A stretch of DNA of 63,516 nt, the filler included, from Squatina squatina (lineage: Eukaryota): the NCBI GenBank assembly GCA_031763465.1. It is 4 parts of 4 records of this genome, joined end to end, with 100 filler letters (N's around TTAATTAATTAA, not from the genome) between each part and the next. Parts side by side here need not be neighbours in the genome. Positions count along the whole stretch, not along the records: positions 49,490 to 63,516 come from JARFOE010000038.1; 3 more parts are not named here. One strand, written 5' to 3'. Made by a program: the position numbers and the translations under genes. Of this stretch, positions 49,490-61,400 are shown piece after piece. Within the stretch, counting starts at the first letter, position 1. Every line of letters begins with the position of its first letter. Below the pieces are notes generated by a model. The model was given only the letters and a program-made list of their open reading frames with translations, was not told the DNA's origin and searched no databases.

Positions 49490-49654
49490 GAATTCCAAAG
49501 ATTCACCACCCTCTGAGTGAAGAAATTTCTCCTCATCTCAGTCCTAAATGGCCCACCCCTTATTCTAAGACTGTGACCCCTGGTTCTAGACTCACCAGCG
49601 AAGGGAAACATCCTCCCTGCATCTACTCTCTCAAGCCCTGTAAGAATTTTGTAT
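49490..49654 (-). mobile_element. CR1 RT tail fragment
   Basis: YKILTGLERVDAGRMFP..SRTRGHSLRIRG..RNFFTQRVVNLWN. Confidence 0.9.
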
Positions 49655-52606
49655 GCCACTTGTTATTTGCTTCGGTCTAGTCCTTACTCTGCTCCTGAAG
49701 TCTTTCATTGTGGGCATTGATTTCGCACAAGTGTAAGCTGCTCTTTATCAGAGGTTAAGCTTGCCATTGCATTAAAATTTACCTGACACGTGTAAACTTA
49801 CACACCATCTGGACAGGGTCCTCTCCATTACTCCTTGGTTTTTCTTGCTTCGTCACTGCTCTCCTTCACTTCCCTAATAAATGGGTGGGAGTTTTGTTGC
49901 GAGTGCCGCAGCATAGAATGGTTACAGTCCGGAAGGCCATTTGGCCTGTGCCGACTCTCGGCTGGTCCCGCACCCCTGCCCTTTCCCCGTCGCTCTACAG
50001 GTGTTTTTTTTTCCTTCAGATACTTATCCAACTCGCTTTTGAAAGATAAGATAAGCTTCTCTCTTTTCTTTCGTAAATGGAAGCTGGTTCGTATGAAGTT
50101 GATTTTAATTTGAATTCTTTTCCTCTAAATGGAGCGTGTTGGCGAACTCTTTGGGAACCGCTGCGGCAACATGTAAGGTGATCGTCCCGGTGCCTTTCGC
50201 TGCCAACACTGCCCTCCCTCCCTCTCCTGAAGATGCTGCTTGCTGGCTGAGGGATATTCTTGCTGTCATTCGGTTGGAACAATGTCAGCAGATAATGATT
50301 ATAGCCAATGGGAGGAAGGAATAGAAACAAAGACTTGTATTTGTATAGCGCCGTTCACCACCAAGACATCCCAAAGCGCTTTACAGCCAGTGGTGGACTT
50401 TTGAAATGCAGTCACTCTTGGAGTGTAGGAAATGCGGAAGCTACTTTACGCGCACAATGGGCGGCCCATCAGATCCAATCCCGTCAGTTTCCCATTGACC
50501 CGCAGTGTGTATTTCCAGAATTTCTTTTACTAAGCTGAATTCTTGTTGGATGGTCATTTATAATGCCACTACTCGTAAGAGCACGAGACACTTGTCTGTT
50601 AGTTCACGGTGAGTATCTCCTTCTCGCTTATCTTTCATCACAAGGTGAAGGTTACCACGTGGTGTAGTATTGTTGACTTGCTGGCTAGATATCAGAAGGT
50701 TGGGGAGATGTGTTGCATTTGTTGTGTTTAATTCACAGGGCACCGTGTGCGACTCGTGGTTTTGCTCACCCTGCTGGCGCTCAAGAAGATTAAGAACCCT
50801 TCCCCTAACCTTTTCCTGGGGGGATGTTGACAGCATAGTCTGAAGATGTACACTATGATTTTTCCTTTGCTTAGTTGGTGAAGTGCTTTGTCAAGTATCT
50901 GTTGAGTTAAAACATTGATCTCCTGCTGTGTTTAGGTACCAAGGCACAGGGATGTAAATATCAAAGGAAAACCTGCAGAGACTGAATAAAAGCAGAATGG
51001 CCTGATGGCCTAATGTAGCGCTAAGCCAAACAGCGGAAAGTCCCTGGTTGGATTCCTCATCTACGCTGAGTTAGCGGATTTCAGCTGAGGCGGCATTTGC
51101 GAANNNNNNNNNNNNNNNNNNNNNNNNNNNNNNNNNNNNNNNNNNNNNNNNNNNNNNNNNNNNNNNNNNNNNNNNNNNNNNNNNNNNNNNNNNNNNNNNN
51201 NNNCCCCCACATTTCTGGTATCATCCTTGTGACTCTTACAGGCCTTTAAAAACCGAAGCTTGGTATCACCGAATCTCTCCTTCCTGTTTCATCCTGCCCT
51301 CTCTCCTATTGTTTTCAGCACTGCCGGTGACCTGCGCTATGGGCCTTGTCCTTCACCTGGGTTTCTCAATGAAAGAAACTGCTGCCTCCACCCACTGTGG
51401 CCTTCACTTTGCAGCTTACACAGTTGCAACGAGATATCATAATTACAATTCTCTGCTCCCAACGAATGCTTGTGCACTTGGAGTACTCAGGCCAAGTTTG
51501 CACAGTCAGCGCGCTCTTGGAAGTCCAGGAACTGTTATTTTCTTGAGCATGTAATGTTTGCAGCTCGGGATATAATTGGCTCATCCATGGACCTCTGGTA
51601 AGTTCATTTCTCAGCTCCATATGGCTGCCCAGAAGGCAGGATGTTTTAAAATACAGAGATCAACAAACAGTGCAGTCTGACATTCACAATAACCCTCCTA
51701 ACAGGAGGGTTTAGCACCATGCTTATGCGGATTAGAGATTATTTTGCCAGTATTTTTAAGTAAAACACAGAGGCTGCCAGTTTAGGATGCCTTTCAGGGT
51801 AGTCTCCATGTCACAGATTAACTGTAGAAAAGGCATCACTCAGTGCCACTATCACAGACTGCGGATGAAATTGGATGCACATTCCTGAGCTAATTCAGCA
51901 CTCCTTACTGCTGTGACCTTCACCTCCTCCGTGTAGGTTTTTAATTAGCGTGGATTAATTTCATGACTAATTCAAAGTTGTTTAAATGATTGATGCAGGA
52001 AGGAATTGTCCTAAGTGTTCCGATATTTAACTCTCTGGCAACTAAATATCCTTAATAGCCCTGGCCAATGTTTTCCATCTGATATTCTCCACAGCAAATA
52101 CCGGTAGATCACTTTAGTGTGGCACCCTTTTATTTATGCACATACACAAAAAGATCAAAACTTGAATCCGCACCTTCATCTTATTTTCCTCACCTGAAAG
52201 ACGTGGCCTGTGCTGGGACAAGGGGGGGCGATTTTAATATAGAAACATAGAAAATAGGAGCAGGAGTAGGCCATTCGGCCCTTCGAGCCTGCTCTGCCAT
52301 TCAATATGATCANNNNNNNNNNNNNNNNNNNNNNNNNNNNNNNNNNNNNNNNNNNNNNNNNNNNNNNNNNNNNNNNNNNNNNNNNNNNNNNNNNNNNNNN
52401 NNNNNNNNNNNNCTTTCTGGCTTTCTCCCTTCCCCTGTTGTAGACGCTGACCCACTCTGGGGTATGATTCCACGGGGCCAGTATCTGACCCAAGTTAACC
52501 ATTCTTCAAGTACAAACCTAGACATGAGTGCCAGAAGGCATTTTGAGCAGGAAGCATTGCGATCAAGCTGATCCTCTACCAACCTGATACTCACACACAG
52601 TACCAA

Positions 52607-52835
52607 ATCGGCTCTCATCAAACTCCCTGCCTAAACCTCTCCGCCTCTCTACCTCTCTTTCCTCCTTTAAAACGTTCCGTAAAACCTACCTCTTCGACCA
52701 AGCTTTTGATCACTTGCCCCAGTTTCTCCTTATGTGGCTCGGTGTCAAATGTTTTATCTCATAATACACCTGTGAAGCGCTTTGGGACGATTCACTACAT
52801 TAAAGGGGCTATATAAATACAAGTTGTTGTTGTTG
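52607..52835 (+). mobile_element. L2 3' end
   Basis: AAAACCTACCTCTT.GACCAAGCTTTT..GGCTCGGTGTCAAAT..TATATAAATACAAGTTGTTGTTG. Confidence 0.75.
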
Positions 52836-53094
52836 GCAGAAGAAATTTTGAGCAGGAAGCACTGCGACGAAGCTGATCCTGCACCATCCTGATACTCACA
52901 CGCATGCACTTTCCAGCAGGAGTCACTAGGAAGTGATCAGGATGGAACCCTGGCTGATTTTTGCAATTTCCTTGCTCNNNNNNNNNNNNNNNNNNNNNNN
53001 NNNNNNNNNNNNNNNNNNNNNNNNNNNNNNNNNNNNNNNNNNNNNNNNNNNNNNNNNNNNNNNNNNNNNNNNNNNNNGGGAGGCCCCGGGCACC

Positions 53095-54186
53095 ATGCTG
53101 GAAGGCACCCAGAACCTGGTGAGCCTGGGGCGAGCGCAAAGCCGCTACTGGACCTTCTTTGGTTTCCAGGGAGACGCCCTGGGGCGCATCCTGGACAAGA
53201 CTAAAATTATTTGCAAGCTGTGCGGGGTACGGTTATCCTACAGCGGCAACACGACCAACCTGAGGCAGCACCTGATTTACAAGCACAGGCATGAGTATAC
53301 CGAGCTGGTTGGCGCCACCTCTGCACCACAGAAGGGAGCAGAGCAGTACCCGCAAGACTTTCCATCCAGAATTGCGACGGGGGTAACTCCTCCCGTCGGT
53401 AGAACGACCAGGGCGATCTCTGAGTTCATCGTGACCGATCTCCTGCCCCTGAAGACCATAGAGGGCGAGGGTTTTGTCCAGATCATGAGTGTGCTGGANN
53501 NNNNNNNNAGATTCCCACCGTAGCCTTCTTTGCTCAGGCCATCCTTCAGGACATGCACGCCCAAGCAAAGCTGAGGGTGATGGACTCCATGAAGTCGCTA
53601 CAGCACTGCGCGGTCAGCATCGACCTCTGGAAGCATGAGTATGCTCGGTCCTACGTCACGGTCATTGTCCACCACATCGACGGCGCCTTCGACTTCAAGA
53701 ACCGGGTGCTGTCCACCCGCCCCGTCACCGAGGAAACCACAGCAGAGAACATCAGAGCAGCCCTCTTGGAAATCGTCAACGAGTGGGGGATCAGAGAGCG
53801 GACCTCGTACTCCGTCATGGTCAGCAACGTTGACGTCAAGCTGGCTGCCTCCAAGTTGGGGTGGAAGGCCCTGCCCTGTATTGGCCATGTGTTGCAGAAC
53901 TGCGTTGACTCCGCCCTGCAGCAGCCCTCTATTCTCAGGGTGCTGACTCGGTGCAAGAGGCTGATGGAGTGCATTTTCTCCTCCCCTTCGTTAAGCGACA
54001 AGCTGGGCTCCAGCGAGCCGTTCCTCAAGGTCCAGTCCAAAATGTTTCTCAGTGGCAGCATGAAGTGGTACAGCACGTACAGCGTTCTGCAGAGCCTGCA
54101 AGAGCACCGTCAGTTCATCGGCGGCCTGAGTGAGAACCTTCAGGAGAAGGGCTTGGCCCTGAGGCCGGACGACTGGCAAGTGATCC
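53095..54186 (+). CDS. ZBED1-like hAT-derived protein (BED finger plus transposase-like body), partial
   Basis: RAQSRYWTFFGF..CKLC..YSGNTTNLRQHL..KH BED finger; FIVTDLLPL..IEGEGF; SIDLW; PCIGHVLQ. Coding continues across the 10-N gap at 53499, and both ends run into gaps. Confidence 0.88.
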
Positions 54187-54286
54187 NNNNNNNNNNNNNN
54201 NNNNNNNNNNNNNNNNNNNNNNNNNNNNNNNNNNNNNNNNNNNNNNNNNNNNNNNNNNNNNNNNNNNNNNNNNNNNNNNNNNNNNN

Positions 54287-54410
54287 CGAAGGGTCATCGC
54301 CCTGAAACGTTAACTTTTGTGTCTCACTCTCCACCGATGCTGCCTGCCCGACCTGCTGAGCATTTCCTGCTTTTATTTCCGATTCCAGCATCCGCAGTAT
54401 TTTTGCTTCA
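54287..54410 (+). mobile_element. Penelope-type terminal repeat with a partial minimal hammerhead core
   Basis: [gap]CGA-AGGG-TCATCG-CCCT-GAAACGTTA followed by the same arm as 16090-16190. Confidence 0.55.
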
Positions 54411-57400
54411 GTATTAGGGTCAGATCTATTAATACCTGCTCTGAAACAAGGCAATGAATGTGTTAAACCCGAATCAGATATGCCTGCTGATGCCAGGCAC
54501 TTTGTAATTAAAACCTCTTTGTGCTGACGTAGAAATTTAGCAACTGGCGTCTATTTTTATGGCAGGCCAGTTCCTTAATTAAATGTTATTTTAATTAAGC
54601 CATTATTTTTTTTTTTGCGTCCTCTCCCGTGTTCTTTAGATGCGTGACATTTTGCTTCAGATTGTGGTTGTCTCTGCTAATTACTAATTAGATTGTGGCC
54701 TGTGCTCACCAACATTGCGGCAACCATCAGGCAGCTATTAATGATGGGGGGAGGGGAGGGGCCAGATGTGAAAAAAGTATTGGAATATGTTAATGACCTT
54801 CCCCACTGTTATTCAAGGAAAAGGGCCAGACGCGTTCTGAAGACCTCTAACCTTGAGTCGAACAGGGGAGATTGCATGTCACGTTTACAGTGACTGCTCG
54901 GCGCTCTGATCTACCGGCAAGACAGCGGTTATATGAGGGCTTGGTGGCGGGATGTTGATATTAGGCCACAAGAGGGACTTAAGCGGTGCGGTGGGGTGGG
55001 GAACTCTGGAACTCCCTCGCTAAACCTCTNNNNNNNNNNNNNNNNNNNNNNNNNNNNNNNNNNNNNNNNNNNNNNNNNNNNNNNNNNNNNNNNNNNNNNN
55101 NNNNNNNNNNNNNNNNNNNNNNNNNNNNNTGGTTTTCCTTGTATATCAGGCACTTTATAGCCTCATCTTCTACTGTGCAGACCGATTTTTGAACTGCTTG
55201 TCAAATGGAAATTGCTGCACAGGGTTACTGATTATTAAAACGGAATTTGTTGTGAATTTTTTTAAATTGTGTTTTGCAGGAGTAAAGGAGCCCATTGTGG
55301 AAAGTCACTAACCACTAACCTCGTTATAAATTTTATTGCCCAATATGACAGTATTGATTACTTTACATCATTATAAAGTACAGTAAGCCTTGCTTATTGT
55401 ATTTTCTTTTATTAATTTAGGCCTTTAGGGTATTAGTTTTAGGCTTGATTTTGGCACGAATTTATCACTACCCTGAGCTGGCAGTGCATTCTGGGACACA
55501 GGGAGGCCATCTTGGAAAATCACAAAAAAAAGATTTTGGGTATTAAATTTAATCAAAAACCCTTTCAATCTATAACATAACACTTGTAAAATTAACAGCT
55601 TGTGGACAACAGCAGCATGTCTCCACTGACAAACATTTTTTCATTGTTTTTTTCTTACTTAATTCAGAGAATACAGTTGTATGGTTCTGTACAAATTTAT
55701 CAAGTTCGACATTATGTATGACATTCAGTAGAAATGTAGAGAAAATGTGTGTGATTGCTATAAGACAGTTGACGAGTCAACGCCAATTCAGAGTTAGTTA
55801 ATGCTGATGTAAGAGCTGTTTAAGCTGCGAGTTCACGCAAACTAGAATTGGGCAAGACTACTCAACCTCGTCATGTAGGAGCCTTACAGCCATCAGCCTT
55901 GGCTGGATTAAAACCCTTGCCCCAGATTGGAAATGACAGCCTTCTATCCCAGGCCCCCCCCAAATACAAAAGTATTAACGATAGTTATAGTGGTCAGTAT
56001 CTGAATGATATCCTGCAAGGATCTGCTTAAACTCTTTTTGCCTCCTGAGCTTAACAATCTATTTAGCTACAATCTGGTTCCATTTTTTGAATGCTTTTTG
56101 GTCAAGAGATCAATAAAATTAATTCCCGTTGGATGGCTTTCATTCCACGATTTTATGCACTTTATTGATAGAATTTCTTTCTGTCAAAAGTATTATTAGT
56201 TTGTTTTTTAAAATGGTGCACGTCAACTGATCAGATCATATCTAAAAAGTACAAAGAAAAGGTAACAGACCAAATTGCTGGGAAGCGAAGTTGATCTCTG
56301 GTATCTCTGCATAGCACAAAAACATAAATAGGGTTTAAGCTAATGTGTTTTACAATTTATTAAAAACAATCCTTCTTCTTGTCCCCTTCCCCCAACCACC
56401 AAATGCTTTCGGAACCATAAAACAGTCCTGCGATGAATAACTCAGCTATACAGACGAGAGAGAGAGGCTCAATCCTCAGCCTGTGCTTAGTTGGCAATTC
56501 TCAGATGGACTGGTGGCAGGGCACTATATGTAACATGGCCTCTTGCTCCTAACTTCATCGCCAGTTTTATACACACTGCTTAAGTGGCTGTTAAACCACT
56601 TCAGAAATGTGAAACCAGCATTAACTACTTTCGCATAGGCTAGAATTCAATAGTCAGCACTGACTATTGAAAGATTGCTTCCAACAGGAAATGTGTGGGG
56701 TTTCGTGTTGAAGAACTTCTGTGGTAAGGTAGACCAAAAATATTAATGAGACCAAAAGCAGAAAAGATATATGCTTGGGAGTAATGAGTGTATGATTTAA
56801 TTCATGTTGACATTGAGATAAGCAGACAGAAATGTCTCTTTCACTGCAGGTACACTGCTGTTCACAACACCATTCTTTCATTTCCTGTCAGTCCCCCTTT
56901 TTCCCTCACTCACCACACAATTAAGCACAACAGGCCAGTTCGCTGAATTTACTTTGGCAACCTGTGCAGTATGCTAGTATTTTTCTCGTGCTTTTTCTTT
57001 ACAGTTTTAAGTTTTTTTTTAATTTCACTTCAGGATCATTATAATAGCAGAGTGTCAATCAGGTAGGTAAATCAATCAGAGGGAGAAAGCAATTTATATA
57101 ATTGGGAGTGACACTTCAGCGGGAGACCTGAAAACGGTAGACAATGAGCTCAGCGCACTGCTCTGGAGCCTGACCAATGCTCAAGCCAGCCAAGAAGTGC
57201 TTAGTACTGTCACTGGATGCAGAAATCAATAAACACAATTTATAAACACCTATGGAATCTGGCAACTTCACTGGAAATAAAAGTTGTATTTCTACTATTG
57301 CCGCACGCTCAACCCCCTTACCGGTATTACTGTGTCTCCTTAGACAGCCAAGCCATTAACTGTTGTGCCTGAGGAAAAAAAGTATCTGCTGCCTGCAGTG

Positions 57401-59089
57401 TGAGCTTTCTCATTTAAAAAAAATGCCATGTACCTGAAGTACCACACTTCGTATCATGACCATTATGAAACAAAGGTGAACCTTTACACTCCTTACTGTA
57501 TTATAGATCCCTCTCTAATAAAAATCTAATGGCATTTACCTTCAAATCTGCCCTTGATCCAATCCTTGTTACTGCTGATTTGCCCGTGGTGTGTTCTTGA
57601 CTACACCACTGGCAGCTAACCCTAGGTGCCACTCACCTCTCAACTGCTTTGCATGCAATTGCCCCTCAGTGCTGTTCTAGATAGAGCTTCTCTCGTTTTA
57701 GCCTTGCAGCTCACCTCTTCCCCCACTTATTTCTATCTCTTACCTTAGGTTGCCTGCTTATACAAATGCAACCACCTGCGTAGAATCATGGGAAACCACA
57801 TTGCATCACATTTGCTCCCACATGCGCAACTGGAGGGTAAGTGAGCCCCAAGGGAATGTCTTTCTATGATGACTCAGTAGGTAAGCACACCACTGGTTTG
57901 TTATTGAGCCATACAGAACAGGAAGGTCCTAGGGCTCAGTTCCTGGCTTGTGCTGAAATGCTGATCTCAGTCGGAGTTACATGAATGCAAGTTGTTGTTC
58001 AGACTCGCAGGTAAAGAAGAGCCACAGGACTTGAGGGCCCAGATGGGCCCCCAGTATGGGCTGCTGCCTCTTCAGGAAAGGAGTGAGAAAACAGTGATTT
58101 TTTTTAACTTAAAAGCAAAAGCAAATACAGAATGCCCTGGAGGCCGTGAATTGTAACACATCAGATGACAACTCACTCCTTTCATTACTCACCATAATTC
58201 ATCCCTTCCCACAATTTTGAACTCAACACTACTGAGTAAAAAGTATCACAATACACGCTTGGAAATTGCCACCTAGTTAATCTTGCCATGAACTTCCATC
58301 AATTCAAAAGCACTTCCTTAATAGGCACACTTTGATGAAGAGAGAATGTTACTGACCGCGATTGGAAGATTTTCTCTCTGTACCATATTGACGATTTTCT
58401 GAATATTGACTCCTGACAAGTCGAATCATCTACCAGGAGAGCATATTGGGAAATCTTGGGTGTATTCTCCATAATTTCCTATCCATTATGTACAAATTCC
58501 TGATGTGCACTCCCACTCTCTGCTTTCCGTCCTGAAGCCAGCTAGCTATCCATTTAGCTATTCGTCCCCTGACTCCGCATTCTCTGACCTTGTTCATCAG
58601 TCTATTATCTTATCGCAGGCCTTTTCAAAATCTAGATAGATTACATCTACNNNNNNNNNNNNNNNNNNNNNNNNNNNNNNNNNNNNNNNNNNNNNNNNNN
58701 NNNNNNNNNNNNNNNNNNNNNNNNNNNNNNNNNNNNNNNNNNNNNNNNNNNNNNNNNNNNNNNNNNNNNNNNNNNNNNNNNNNNNNGAGAGAGAGAGAGA
58801 ATGCAAATAATTGCCAGCATAGCCTGGGACTGTAGGTCCCATTTGTGTGTCAGTAAATTGGACCGATTGACAGCTAGAATACAGTGTCAGGTTGGACCGT
58901 TACACACCTTAATCTGCCAAAATAGTCCTGGGGAGAAGGCGGGGGATGGGGGAGGGGAGTGGCGGGGGCGGGATTAGAGGTGGAATAAAACGTTCAGTTC
59001 TGCGGCCAGTTACTTGCTCCTCGTTTTTTTTTTCCTTCTTTCTTTCGATTTGCACTTGGGCGTCGAGTTGGTGGACTGGCGACGGGCTT

Positions 59090-59573
59090 CTAGATCTGCG
59101 TCTCCTGCACGTTCTCTTTGGAGCTGGATTTAAAGAGCAGCGGTTCGTGCACCGAGTTGTGGAGCGGGTTTTTGGTGCAGTTCAGGGCGCTGCCGGTGCC
59201 AGCGCCGCCGCTGGCGGTGGTGTTGTTGTTGTAGTGGGCCTTGTAGGCCGTGTAGTGGTTGAGGTGCTCATGGTCGACGGCCGGGAGGGTCAGGCAGTTG
59301 TCCCCGGGCGTGGCCTCCGCCATGTCGTCCTCCACGTTGATGATCTCGATGGTGCGGGCCTGGCCGTGGTGCTTGTGCAGCTGGTGCTGCTTGCGCAGCT
59401 TGTAGAAGATGACGAGCATGACGGCGGCCATGAAGGTGATGGCGACGAAGCAGCCGATGATGATCTTGGTGGTCTTCATCACGTCGTCCAGGCCGGCCAG
59501 GATGTTGTCGGTCACCTCGGTGGTGATGGGCACGGTGAAGGCCCTCTCAGTGGACCGGGTGCTGCGGGGGGTC
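59090..59573 (-). CDS. LRRC4B: Leucine-rich repeat-containing 4B (NGL-3), C-terminal part (TM helix and PDZ-binding tail)
   Basis: [36 protein letters not shown] and [17 protein letters not shown] are LRRC4B-type rather than LRRC4 or LRRC4C. Confidence 0.92.
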
Positions 59574-60063
59574 NNNNNNNNNNNNNNNNNNNNNNNNNNN
59601 NNNNNNNNNNNNNNNNNNNNNNNNNNNNNNNNNNNNNNNNNNNNNNNNNNNNNNNNNNNNNNNNNNNNNNNNNCGTGCTCTTCATTTATCTGGGCTTCAA
59701 ACAAAATAAACATTCAGACAAAGTCTTACCCACATGCGGAAAGGAGGAGCTATTAATTTACCCTTTTCATCATAATTATAAACCGCAAAGTATAATAGTG
59801 TGCAGAAAAAATATTCCAATACCCGCTCTTCAAAAACGGATTTAAGATATCACTGTTTCCAGTACACAGTAAGTTTCGCTGTGTCAGTTTTGTATAAGTG
59901 TGCTCACGATTTTGCTATCAATAGCTAGCAATGGGAAGTTTCCTTCCTGGTTTAAAGTATTTTATTTTTTTTCCTATTTGAAGAAGGTAATTTCGAAACA
60001 GTTTTTGACATCAGCTGACATCGAATAATGTCTGTATTCCGCAGTCGTGTTGCAATGGGAGTT

Positions 60064-60369
60064 AAAAGAAAGAATTGCATTTATATAGCACCTTGCACAA
60101 GCTCAGGACGTCCCAAAGTGTTTCACAGCCAATTAATTACTTCTGAAGTGTTGGTCACTGTTGTAATGCAGGAAACGCGGCAGCCAGTTTGCGCACAGCA
60201 AGCTCCCACAAACAGCAATGAAATAAATGACCAGATAGTCTGTTTTAGTGATTTTAATTGAGGAAGGAATGTTTACCGGGATACTGAGGAGAACTGCCCT
60301 GCTCTTCTTTGAAATTCTGCCATGGGATGCTTTACATCCGCCTGAGAGGGCATACGGGGCATCAGTTTA
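60064..60369 (-). mobile_element. Deu-domain SINE (SacSINE1-like)
   Basis: Same family as 19911-20212. Confidence 0.8.
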
Positions 60370-60663
60370 NNNNNNNNNNNNNNNNNNNNNNNNNNNNNNN
60401 NNNNNNNNNNNNNNNNNNNNNNNNNNNNNNNNNNNNNNNNNNNNNNNNNNNNNNNNNNNNNNNNNNNNNAAAACCTACCTCTTTGACCAAGCTTTTGGTC
60501 ACCTGCCCTAATTTCTCCTTGTGTGGCTCGGTGACAAATTTTGTTTGATAATCGCTCCTGTGAAGTGTCTTGGGACGTTTTACTATGGTAAAGATGCTAT
60601 ATAATTGCAAGTTGTTTCTGTTGCTGTTGTACCGACACCTGTAATGTTTGTATTTATTTGCAG

Positions 60664-60709
60664 GAATCATTGGCGACCTGTGCAGTAGCACGTGTCATTC
60701 AAGCGCAAA
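60664..60709 (+). CDS. Stabilin-like EGF exon A (G)[14 protein letters not shown](N)
   Basis: 46-bp AG/GT exon that joins exon B in frame; resembles recalled STAB2 CNGTCHTSAN. Confidence 0.72.
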
Positions 60710-60830
60710 GTACGNNNNNNNNNNCCTTTCACCTGTTGTTTTGGTAATAGATCAGTTTTGAAATGAATTATTTTCACGGTTCACTAATTTGATTGGTGTT
60801 GACACTCTGACCTTTAATCCTCTTGCACAG

Positions 60831-60907
60831 CTGCATCGCGAACACATCTGGCAGCATGTACTGTAAATGTACAGCTGGCTTCAAAGGCAATGGCACATTC
60901 TGTGAAG
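60831..60907 (+). CDS. Stabilin-like EGF exon B [25 protein letters not shown]
   Basis: 77-bp exon with ttgcacAG and GTAAG; resembles recalled STAB2 [25 protein letters not shown]. Confidence 0.78.
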
Positions 60908-60946
60908 GTAAGGTTGGACTCTGAGCTCTTTCTTTCAGAACCGTTT

Positions 60947-61400
60947 ACATAGGATTACATAGGACACACGGCACAGAAACAGGCCCTTCGGCCCAACCAG
61001 TCCATGCCGGTGTTTATGCTCCACTCGAGCCTCGTCCTGTCTTTCCTCATCTAACTCTATCAGCGTAACCCTCCATTCCCTTCTCTCTCATATGCTTGTC
61101 CAGCCTCCCCTTAAATGCATCTCTACTATTCGCTTCAACCACTCCCCGTGGGAGCGAGTTCCACATTCTCACCACTCTCTGGGTAAAGAAGTTTCTTCTG
61201 AATTCCACATTTGATTTCTTGGTGACTATCTTATATCGATGACCTTGAGTTTAGTTCTTCCCCTCAAGTGGAAACGTTCTCTCTCTACTGTATCAAAACC
61301 TCTCATAATTTTAAGGACCACTATAGGTCGCCAATCAGTCTTCTCTTTTCAAGACAGAAGAGACCCGCCTGTCATCCTTTCCTGATAGGTATAACCTCTC
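60947..61400 (-). mobile_element. CR1 LINE 3' portion
   Basis: Reverse (ACATAGGATT) tail, GGCCCTTCGGCCC hairpin and RNFFTQRVVRMWNSL sequence. Confidence 0.85.

Noticed and set aside
53499-53523. Frameshift and stop in the ZBED1-like ORF
   Set aside because: The offset coincides with a nominal 10-N gap; the next frame reads KIPTVAFF..., the expected continuation.
58946-59845. 299-aa plus-strand ORF
   Set aside because: Antisense shadow of the GC-rich LRRC4B exon, and it spans a gap.
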